Virus record (IMG/VR): IMGVR_UViG_3300042541_001363
Coordinates: 19,118-83,117 of that record
Strand: one strand, 5' to 3'
DNA: 64,000 bases
From: a virus
Taxonomy: Duplodnaviria > Caudoviricetes
The notes below the pieces were generated by a model. It worked only from the letters and a program-made list of their open reading frames with translations, was not told the origin of the DNA and searched no databases. The position numbers were made by a program, and so were the translations under genes. Shown here piece by piece: positions 55,968 to 64,000 of the stretch. The first letter of the stretch is position 1; every line of letters starts with the position of its first letter.

Positions 55968-58900
55968 CAGAATTGGGTGTAGTAGTGGTAAAACAAAATT
56001 AATAGACCCTAATAATTTTTATGGTCAAAGTTCATCCAATAACATGTCCGTACCATTGGAAGATTTAACGATATCAGTTCAATTAAGTACAAATAAAAAA
56101 GGTAGAACAGTTTTAAGCAGTAATAATGGTGTAAAAACAACTCAAAATTCAAATAGTGTTAGAGTTACCTTTATTGAAGGTACAGAAGTTAATGGTCAAA
56201 AAGTATTAACATCAAAGTTTACTGATTTAACAACTGTATTCGATAAAGACACACCTAATAGTAGTAGTGAAAACTTAGGTATCACTAATATTGATATTGA
56301 CTTTAACTCGTCTTATGCACCTATGATTACGATAAATTTTATCGACCTTAGAGGTAGCAGTATATTTCAGAATGAATCACAATTAAACAATAGTGAAAAT
56401 AAATATTCAGTATTCTTTCAATTACCATACCCATTATATGAGTTAACAATAAAAGGTTATTATGGTAAACCAGTTAAATACTGTCTACACATGACCAAGT
56501 TTAATTCTAAATTTAATTCACAAACTGGTAACTTTGAAATTACAGCCAATTTTATTGGTTATACTTATGCTATGTTATCTGATATGCTATTAGGTATACT
56601 TAAAGCCATTCCTTATACACAAAAAGGTAAGAAAAAATATGCAGCACTTAAATCTGAAAACGAAAATACGTTAAACCTTAATGAATTAATGATTAAAATT
56701 GGTCAAATAGATTCAAACTTAAATAAAATTGGGGCTAGTGACCCAGATGCTGCTAGTTTATCTATAGTTGAAAGTATGATAGAAGATATTGCATTGATGA
56801 AAACAGCAATAAATGGTTTAGGTTCAAAAATTGATTATGTAACTGATTTAAGTGGTGAAGAAGCATATAGCTATATTGTAATTAAAGACTCAACAAAAAT
56901 AACTGAAGCAGAAAAAACTACTGCTAAAACCGAGTATAACAATTTAATCACTGATACTATAACAAAATATAATAAAAGTAATAACAATGCATCTGCAAGA
57001 CAAGCTATAACCATTTCTAATTTTTTAACTACAAGTGGTACTAAAATTAAAATGTACCCCACTAAAAGTTTTTCAACACCAGATGATATAACAAATAAAG
57101 TTATTGATAGAAAAGAATCCGATATCTCTGGTACTATTGTTATATGGGATATGACACCATTATTCTCTGAGTTAAATTTAAAAAAAAATGGGTTAGAGTT
57201 AGAAAAGAAAAGGTTACAATTAAAATTAGGTAACACAATTAAAAATAATATCACAAATGCCTTATCTTTTCAACCAACAGTTAGAAATATTGTCAATGTG
57301 TTTACTGATGCTGTTGAAGTATTTTTATCAGTTATTTATGACGTATCACATGAAGCTGAAAACCATCCAGATAGAGATAAACAGTTAAAAAAAGCATTTA
57401 AAGAAAATGGTAATTCAGATTTAAAAAATTTTGTAAAATATTACCCATGGCCAGATTATAGAGATAATGACGCTAATAAAGGTTATGTTGAAAAATACTT
57501 AGGTTCACCTGGTGTTTTAGAAAACCCTAAATTAGTTGATGAATTATTGTTTATTGATGATTTATATAATTCTTTTTTAACAGCTAAAAAGATTAGTGAC
57601 GAAGCATTACTGGAACAACAACAAGGTAGTCTTTGGGTACCAACAAATCCATTTGATACTAAATTATATAACACAAAAGAACCTTATGCTCGTTTACCTA
57701 ATAATGCTTCTGGTGATGATATTTTAACCTATATTTTAATTAGAATGATTACATTTATGGGTTACACACATAAACCTAACCTTGTCGATGCTACCAACAC
57801 TAACACAATGGCAATTGCGGAAGCAAAAAGCATTATAGAAACTAGTTCATTAGCAACTAATAGTAAATTAAGTTTACAAAGTTCGTTTGGTAATGTGGAT
57901 ACCATAATCTCAAGTGCAATAACTAAAGGAATATTAGAAGAAGATGGAAGCAACTATAGATATAGATATATTTTTGGTGACACACCAACTAAAGTATTAC
58001 CAATATCCGACACATTCAAAAGAGAAGATTGGGATAGTAGTTTTAATTTCTTAATTAACAAAGAAGAATGGGATAATAGTGTTTTCCTAACAAATTATAC
58101 TAGAGAGGGAACTGGTCTAATACCTAAAAAATTAGATGGTGGTAAGTATATCGATATAATAACATTAAGTAGATATGAAAAGGCAACTGGTAAAAGTATA
58201 GCCCAATCAGTAGGTACCCCTACAAACCTTATAACTTATCTAGAATTAGCTGATAAAAAGGGTTATAGTATATTTAATGGTTTATATGCTATGCAAGAGT
58301 TCAAACATATGAACTACAACGATAATAATAACCCTAATAGGAGTAGTATGGGTGACTCACCATTAAGTTATTTATTTTATGAATACAAATATAATGGTTT
58401 AGCACCTCAGCAGTATGGTAATCTTTTAACTTTTGGAAGGTCTGATAACACTAAATCGTATCAGTATGATTTAGAAACACCAAAACCAAAGATTGCTGAA
58501 TATTATAATTCATTAAAATTTGATGATTCTGGTAATCGATTACATAAATTAGGTGTTGAAAATAATAGATATCTACTCACATTTAACGATAATGAAAAAA
58601 TTTCATACCCATACATAGAACAAATAGTTGAGACTAGTTATGGAAAATATGTTGGTATGAGTTTATTTGGTAGTAAATTGTATTATAAACAAAATGGCTC
58701 GAATGCTGAATTTAAAAAAGCTTTTTTATTTTTAAACACATTACCATTTGATGGGTACGTATTCAATGGTGGGGTTATTGATAATCTTTTCAATCAAACT
58801 GGTGGATTTATATACGCACCTAGACTTTGGTGTGCTTGGGTTGGTAGTTTGATTTGGAGGTCTGGGTTAAATGAACAAAACTCTAATTTTGGAAAAACAA

Positions 58901-60870
58901 ATGCACAATATGACGACCCTATTGATTATCCGTTATATGATACTGGGAATGGTGCTATGACTACAATATATAAAAAACCAGCTAGGTATGAGTATTTTAA
59001 AAATAAAATTATGACGAATGACTCAAATAAACCAGAACATGATTTAGTCTATTATAGTGATATGTTTAGAAATCTACCTCAACAAGTTTTAGAATCATTT
59101 TATGGTATTTTTTATAGTTTTGTTAATTCAGAAGATAGTGAATATATTAGCTGGGACAGAATAAAAAATGAACTAGAATTAATTAACAATAAAATTGGGA
59201 CTACTGATGAAACTAATTATTTTAGTACTTATTCGGATTTTTCAGTCATAGTTGATGGTTTATATAATAAATCATATTTACCAAATTATTCTAATACTGA
59301 AGTGATAACAACATTTAATAATGGTCTATACGATAATGAAAACACTTTACCATATAGAGAATACATTGATAAATTCATAAATACTAAAAATTACTCAATT
59401 ATAACACCTATAGGTGAATTGGCTTCTAACTCATTTTATGGGAAAGGTATTAGACATAATGATGGGTTATTTTTAGAATTAAAAGGTGGTATGGATAACC
59501 CAGCAATAGAAAACGTTGTAAATGCCTTAAGAGAAGAAATGGTTATAGTTAACTCTGGTTTTGGTGCTTGGAATTTTGAAGACCGAATTAATGGTACGGT
59601 TAGACAAAATATTGTTGTATCAAAAAGTTTAGTTAAAACTTATTTAGATACAATGAAGGTTGAAATTGACAAAGAGATAAAAGATAAGGCTGAAACCGAT
59701 AAGCAAAACAAACAAAATGTATTTGGTACTGATAGTGATGAGATAGTAAAATTACAACTATATAGAACATGTAAAAATGTGTATGATAAATGGATTGGAA
59801 ATGCAAGCGATGGTAATAACGTAATATTTCAATGCGGTGGCGGAAAACCAATAAGACATACAAGTGATAAGTATATGGCTCAAAAAAGAGGTTCTAATAC
59901 ACCTAAATTAATCGATAGCTTTAGGTTTGTTACAAGGTCATTTAGAGACATAGGTGACGACTTCTTCGTCGACCCTAGACCAATAGGGACATATTTAACT
60001 GACAACCCAAATTCTAGCTTCTATGATGCAATTACTAATTTATTGGCGGCAAACAATTTTGATTTTATAGCTTTACCGTCTTTTATTAACTATAACGATA
60101 AAAAATCTTTAGAATCTATATTTGATACTTATACGTATGAAGAAGCAATAAAAGATGGTATATGTGGACCTAGTTTTGTTTGTGTGTATATTGGTCAGAA
60201 ATCTAAACACTTAGATTTTCAAGGCTCAGAATATGAAAATGATGGTTTTGATATTCAGTGTTTACCAAGTGGTAAGATGAAAGAAACTTTACCAAAAGAT
60301 TTTACAAACACTAGTAAGGATTACGAAAATGATGTTGCAGTATTTAAAGTTGCATATTCACAACAAAATCAAAATATATTTAAAGATATCATTCTAGACC
60401 AAAGCGAGTTTACAGAAACTGAAGAATCACTTAAAATTATTGATGACATATCTAAGACTGGTTCTGAAAACCAAAGACACTTTGGTGGTCAAAACTTATA
60501 TAGTGTTTATGGTGTTAGAAGTTACAAGACTGAAGTTGAAATGATGGGCAACGCCATGATTCAACCTATGATGTATTTTCAGTTAGATAATATACCAATG
60601 TTCCATGGTGCTTATTTAATTACACATGTTAAACATAGCATCAAACCTAACTTTATGTCAACAAACTTCACTGGTGTTAGGGTTAGACATCCAGAAACTC
60701 CAATATTAGATGCGGCTGAACTATATATGTCATTATTGGAGAATATTGAAATTACCGCTACTAACACTTCAGCTTCAGCTGTCAGAACCAAAACAGTAGC
60801 TGAATTAATACCTTTAATAAACTTAGCACAATTTGAGGCTAATAAAAATGTAAAATATGTAAATTATTAA
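55957..60870 (+). CDS. large baseplate hub protein (gp27/late-control-D-like ends)
   Basis: N-terminal LGITNIDI.F...Y.P.I.INFIDLRG...FF.LPYP.YELTIKGYYG; C-terminal EVEMMGNAMIQP..YF.L...PMF.GAYLI..V.H.I. Confidence 0.65.
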   Translation: MANNRIGCSSGKTKLIDPNNFYGQSSSNNMSVPLEDLTISVQLSTNKKGRTVLSSNNGVKTTQNSNSVRVTFIEGTEVNGQKVLTSKFTDLTTVFDKDTPNSSSENLGITNIDIDFNSSYAPMITINFIDLRGSSIFQNESQLNNSENKYSVFFQLPYPLYELTIKGYYGKPVKYCLHMTKFNSKFNSQTGNFEITANFIGYTYAMLSDMLLGILKAIPYTQKGKKKYAALKSENENTLNLNELMIKIGQIDSNLNKIGASDPDAASLSIVESMIEDIALMKTAINGLGSKIDYVTDLSGEEAYSYIVIKDSTKITEAEKTTAKTEYNNLITDTITKYNKSNNNASARQAITISNFLTTSGTKIKMYPTKSFSTPDDITNKVIDRKESDISGTIVIWDMTPLFSELNLKKNGLELEKKRLQLKLGNTIKNNITNALSFQPTVRNIVNVFTDAVEVFLSVIYDVSHEAENHPDRDKQLKKAFKENGNSDLKNFVKYYPWPDYRDNDANKGYVEKYLGSPGVLENPKLVDELLFIDDLYNSFLTAKKISDEALLEQQQGSLWVPTNPFDTKLYNTKEPYARLPNNASGDDILTYILIRMITFMGYTHKPNLVDATNTNTMAIAEAKSIIETSSLATNSKLSLQSSFGNVDTIISSAITKGILEEDGSNYRYRYIFGDTPTKVLPISDTFKREDWDSSFNFLINKEEWDNSVFLTNYTREGTGLIPKKLDGGKYIDIITLSRYEKATGKSIAQSVGTPTNLITYLELADKKGYSIFNGLYAMQEFKHMNYNDNNNPNRSSMGDSPLSYLFYEYKYNGLAPQQYGNLLTFGRSDNTKSYQYDLETPKPKIAEYYNSLKFDDSGNRLHKLGVENNRYLLTFNDNEKISYPYIEQIVETSYGKYVGMSLFGSKLYYKQNGSNAEFKKAFLFLNTLPFDGYVFNGGVIDNLFNQTGGFIYAPRLWCAWVGSLIWRSGLNEQNSNFGKTNAQYDDPIDYPLYDTGNGAMTTIYKKPARYEYFKNKIMTNDSNKPEHDLVYYSDMFRNLPQQVLESFYGIFYSFVNSEDSEYISWDRIKNELELINNKIGTTDETNYFSTYSDFSVIVDGLYNKSYLPNYSNTEVITTFNNGLYDNENTLPYREYIDKFINTKNYSIITPIGELASNSFYGKGIRHNDGLFLELKGGMDNPAIENVVNALREEMVIVNSGFGAWNFEDRINGTVRQNIVVSKSLVKTYLDTMKVEIDKEIKDKAETDKQNKQNVFGTDSDEIVKLQLYRTCKNVYDKWIGNASDGNNVIFQCGGGKPIRHTSDKYMAQKRGSNTPKLIDSFRFVTRSFRDIGDDFFVDPRPIGTYLTDNPNSSFYDAITNLLAANNFDFIALPSFINYNDKKSLESIFDTYTYEEAIKDGICGPSFVCVYIGQKSKHLDFQGSEYENDGFDIQCLPSGKMKETLPKDFTNTSKDYENDVAVFKVAYSQQNQNIFKDIILDQSEFTETEESLKIIDDISKTGSENQRHFGGQNLYSVYGVRSYKTEVEMMGNAMIQPMMYFQLDNIPMFHGAYLITHVKHSIKPNFMSTNFTGVRVRHPETPILDAAELYMSLLENIEITATNTSASAVRTKTVAELIPLINLAQFEANKNVKYVNY

Positions 60871-60875
60871 TTATT

Positions 60876-61895
60876 ATGAGTGAAATTAACAATGATTTTT
60901 GGAAGAAGATACAAAATAAAAATGAATCCTTCCCAACATTTTTTAATAATTTAGTTGGTGGTAGAGATAATTTCGCAAAAGACCATACTGGTAATGTTAT
61001 TAGTTTAAAAATCCCAGATGTAACTACAGCTAATGCTAGACTTAATAAAATATTCACAAATGATAGAATCAAAGTTATGGTTGGTACTAGTGATATAACT
61101 ATTTTACAATTTGTAGCTATGGTTACTATAATGTTGAATGAAACTGGTGGTACATTTGATTCGACAGTAAGCGAATTGGGTAGTTTAGCTTATATGTATC
61201 AGTATAATAGACCAGTTGGTAATGATTTAGGTAATATACAAGCATCTCTATTATTTAAAGATGCTGATTTTATGGAAGCCCATGATAAGCAACATTATAG
61301 ACAAAGTGAACTTGGTTACGTTAACCCAACAAATTATCACAAGCCAATAAACATAAATGACCCTAACTGGGCTAAACGTGATGAGGTAAACTACCCTAAA
61401 AACGAACCAAAAGGTGTTACCAAATATGGGACAAAACGTAAAGAAGGTGTCATCACAAATTATAAACAAGGTGGTATAATTGCTGAATGTGATTTTTATA
61501 AATTTAGAGGTAGAGGCTTAATACAATTAACTGGAAGAGCTAATTACAAAAAATTTATGAATTATTTAATTAATAATAAAAATAGATTTAATGGTTATGT
61601 CAAAACTGTTATTGATAGTTGGAATTCATCAGAATTAGATAAAGAGTTAACTAAAATATCCAATAAACAATTAGATATACTGTACACAGACATTGATTTG
61701 GCTATCTCCATTTATGCTTCACATGCGTCAAATTCTATTTTAAAAAATATGTATACCGTATCTACTGTTTCTGAATATTTAGGGTTAGTTTTTGATTATG
61801 GAATATCAATAAGCGGTAGTGTTCCTTATGCTGAACTATACACAAACAGAGTTGTTCAAATACTAACTGCCATAACTGGTTGGAAAGTAACTTAA
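60876..61895 (+). CDS. GH19/lysozyme-fold muralytic enzyme (tail-associated lysin or endolysin)
   Basis: M.NETGG.F...E and YKFRGRGLIQLTGRANY, the GH19 signature region. Confidence 0.7.
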   Translation: MSEINNDFWKKIQNKNESFPTFFNNLVGGRDNFAKDHTGNVISLKIPDVTTANARLNKIFTNDRIKVMVGTSDITILQFVAMVTIMLNETGGTFDSTVSELGSLAYMYQYNRPVGNDLGNIQASLLFKDADFMEAHDKQHYRQSELGYVNPTNYHKPININDPNWAKRDEVNYPKNEPKGVTKYGTKRKEGVITNYKQGGIIAECDFYKFRGRGLIQLTGRANYKKFMNYLINNKNRFNGYVKTVIDSWNSSELDKELTKISNKQLDILYTDIDLAISIYASHASNSILKNMYTVSTVSEYLGLVFDYGISISGSVPYAELYTNRVVQILTAITGWKVT

Positions 61896-61897
61896 TT

Positions 61898-61928
61898 TTG
61901 TTTTAGTAAAATTATTTTAGTATATTTG
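61898..61928 (+). promoter_or_regulatory. Bacteroidota-type promoter, probably leaderless
   Basis: TTG - 20 nt - TATATTTG, ending 4 nt before ATG 61933. Confidence 0.65.
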
Positions 61929-61932
61929 TACT

Positions 61933-62559
61933 ATGATAGCAAATATAGTCTCAAAAAATAGTGTAAGTGTTTCACAAGATTTCAACTTGGTGGATTCAAT
62001 GGATAAGATTATCATTGGTTTACCTACATTGATAATAGGTGTTGAATTAACTGAATCTTTATATCCAGATTTTGATATATTAGATAGATGTATTGAAGAA
62101 AACATTTATTGGACATTCAAAAAGACTGAGAAAAGAGATAACTTCAATCAAGATTTAGATTGGTTCATAACAAAGATATACACCGACCTAATCAATAAAG
62201 TTAATTATGTTTTTATCGATATGATTCAATATAAGAAACAAACTTTGATTAAAATAGTTAGAAAAATATATAACTTAGAAAACATAGTTACGTTTATACA
62301 TAATGATATGATATACTTATACGGTGATAATATAATATTTGGTTTAGATTTAAAATTGGCTAAGTATATGGGTATGAATGTTGTTAAATTAAAAGATAAG
62401 ATTAAGCGTATAAGTACTGACTTTTTGGGAGATGAAGAGATACTTATAGAATATAAAAATATCGTAGATATCTTAAATGGTAAAATACGAATTATACCTT
62501 ATCTATATTCAATAAGAAATGGACAAAACAATATTACTAGCATCATTTATCTTCAATGA
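61933..62559 (+). CDS. hypothetical protein
   Basis: 208-aa ORF with its own promoter. Confidence 0.6.
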   Translation: MIANIVSKNSVSVSQDFNLVDSMDKIIIGLPTLIIGVELTESLYPDFDILDRCIEENIYWTFKKTEKRDNFNQDLDWFITKIYTDLINKVNYVFIDMIQYKKQTLIKIVRKIYNLENIVTFIHNDMIYLYGDNIIFGLDLKLAKYMGMNVVKLKDKIKRISTDFLGDEEILIEYKNIVDILNGKIRIIPYLYSIRNGQNNITSIIYLQ

Positions 62560-62920
62560 AAGAGTTGAATGGTTTTTAAATTATCTGGAAAACAAATTCA
62601 GCATTCCTAAAACAAAAGTATTTTGTTATAAGAACCTAGATGATGAATCTAAAATGATTATGACATTCAAGCTAGTAATTCCACAAAACAAACGTCTAAA
62701 CTTAAAAGACCTATTCCCTAGTGCAATACCTATACATAAAAAAGGTAATGCGTTATACACAATAAATGCATTAAATATGTTAATCGACTCTATGAGTGGT
62801 GATAACATTGGTAATGTTGATTATGGTAGTGTTATCATAAATTGGGATGAATATCAAAACAAATTAATTTTAACAAAAGGAAAAGAGCTAGTATTTTTAA
62901 ATATAGAAAGGGTTTTTTAA
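62519..62920 (+). CDS. hypothetical phage protein
   Basis: H.K...LYTINALN.LI...INW..Y.N..ILT motif, familiar from large phages. Confidence 0.6.
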   Translation: MDKTILLASFIFNERVEWFLNYLENKFSIPKTKVFCYKNLDDESKMIMTFKLVIPQNKRLNLKDLFPSAIPIHKKGNALYTINALNMLIDSMSGDNIGNVDYGSVIINWDEYQNKLILTKGKELVFLNIERVF

Positions 62921-62972
62921 TGTTTTTATGATATTTATATACAAAGATAACAATCAAATAAATTAAATTTGT

Positions 62973-63173
62973 ATGAGTAATAACAATAATAAACAAAACG
63001 ATATTAAAAACGAAGGGTTGGACTCAGCTCTTGATGGTTTTTTAGGTACACAAAATCAAGACCCAAATATAGATTGTAGTTCTGGTGTTTGTGTTATTAA
63101 AGGCGACAAAAGTCTTATTGAACGTATCAATAAAAAAATAATCACCGAAGACGGTAGACAATTATTATTCTAG
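62973..63173 (+). CDS. small hypothetical late protein
   Basis: TATTTATA at 62932; ends CSSGVCVIK...IITEDGRQLLF. Confidence 0.6.
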   Translation: MSNNNNKQNDIKNEGLDSALDGFLGTQNQDPNIDCSSGVCVIKGDKSLIERINKKIITEDGRQLLF

Positions 63174-63180
63174 TATTAAA

Positions 63181-63987
63181 ATGAGTAGAAAACCTAAATT
63201 TGACCCAAAATTATTAAATGAAGAACTTAATAGATTCAAACTATTAGAAAACTATAATTTTTATACTGGAAAACAAGAATTACCAGAATATAATGAATTA
63301 ATTCTAGGTGATAGACAACTAGACGAAGAAGAAGATGAATCACCAGAACAATCAGCAGATGATATATCTAAAGAATTAGGTTTAGATACACCACCAGCTG
63401 AAGATAATGGTAATGCCCCAGAAGGTAATACACCAGAAGCACCCCCAGCACCACCAGCACCAGAAGGTGATAATACCAGTGGCGATATGGGTGGTGATGA
63501 TTCATTAAACTTTGGTGGTGAACAAGGCGGTGAGCTAGAAGCAGCTCCAGCACCAGTTGAACCAGCTAGCAACGATGTTGAAGTTGATGTAACTGAATTA
63601 GTAAAAGGTTCTGAGGAAGCAAAAGATGCTGCTGATAAAGCTAGCCAAAATTCTGAAATGCTTTTACAGAAATTATCTGATTTAGAAGCACGCATTTCTA
63701 GTATGGATGCTGTTAGCGGTAAAATTGCTGAATTAGAACAAGAAATAATCAAAAGAAACCCAACACCAGTTGAAAAATTGGAGATGCGTTCTTTGAGTTC
63801 ATATCCTTACTCACAAAAACTAACAGATTATTGGGCTGACAAAAAAGGTGCTTATGATGTTATGGGTAATGAACAAAAAGAAGATTATACCTTAACACAA
63901 GATGATGTTGAGAATTCATATTCTGAAGGTGATGTTAAACAAAGCTTCACTGTTAAAGATGATGATTACGAAGAAGAAGATATCTAA
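63181..63987 (+). CDS. acidic Pro-rich protein with a coiled coil (possible prohead core/scaffold)
   Basis: Very D/E-rich, PAPPAP linker, coiled-coil segment, N-terminal LLNEE motif. Confidence 0.5.
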   Translation: MSRKPKFDPKLLNEELNRFKLLENYNFYTGKQELPEYNELILGDRQLDEEEDESPEQSADDISKELGLDTPPAEDNGNAPEGNTPEAPPAPPAPEGDNTSGDMGGDDSLNFGGEQGGELEAAPAPVEPASNDVEVDVTELVKGSEEAKDAADKASQNSEMLLQKLSDLEARISSMDAVSGKIAELEQEIIKRNPTPVEKLEMRSLSSYPYSQKLTDYWADKKGAYDVMGNEQKEDYTLTQDDVENSYSEGDVKQSFTVKDDDYEEEDI

Positions 63988-64000
63988 TCAACTATAAACC

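Noticed and set aside
710-63752. Short ORFs antisense to or overlapping major genes (e.g. 710..955, 3072..3347, 49003..49494, 50755..51138, 63261..63752)
   Set aside because: These are shadow frames of long coding genes, with no motifs or promoters.
1-64000. Stop-codon reassignment as in some Bacteroidota phages
   Set aside because: Long genes are intact under the standard code, and TAA, TAG and TGA all end plausible genes.
1-64000. tRNA, rRNA or CRISPR arrays
   Set aside because: No cloverleaf, rRNA-like or repeat-spacer pattern was recognised in the short intergenic regions. tRNAscan/Infernal were not run.

Overview
Strongly AT-rich (roughly 30% GC by eye) 64-kb segment of a very large contractile-tailed phage (jumbo myovirus, distantly T4-like). 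The host is most likely Bacteroidota/Flavobacteriia, because several genes carry TTG-N19/20-TAnnTTTG promoters and leaders are generally A-rich without Shine-Dalgarno sequences. From left to right it contains: (1) a tandem array of lectin-like virion proteins with small partner ORFs; (2) a modification cassette (DUF2827 glycosyltransferase-like protein, J-domain protein, DUF2061, APS kinase CysC, sulfotransferase, TibC/Aah-like autotransporter O-heptosyltransferase) next to a 1437-aa YadA-like SHAEG-repeat fibre; (3) a family B DNA polymerase and an SNF2 helicase, each with a LAGLIDADG intein; (4) neck, tail-terminator, fibre, sheath, tube, tail-chaperone, tape-measure and baseplate genes plus a GH19-like lysin. 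The structural region carries a heavy load of selfish elements: 5 paralogous nuclease genes (DNA-binding repeats + Vsr/EDxHD-like nuclease + Mom-like GNAT domain), 2 GIY-YIG endonucleases and 2 inteins, together about 18% of the window. The best leads are a candidate phage system for glycosylating and sulfating its own fibre, the nuclease-Mom fusion family, a probable +1/-2 frameshift in the tail chaperone, and a promoter/90-nt pure-AT/terminator element that may be an origin or small RNA. All annotations come from motif recognition by eye; no database searches were run.
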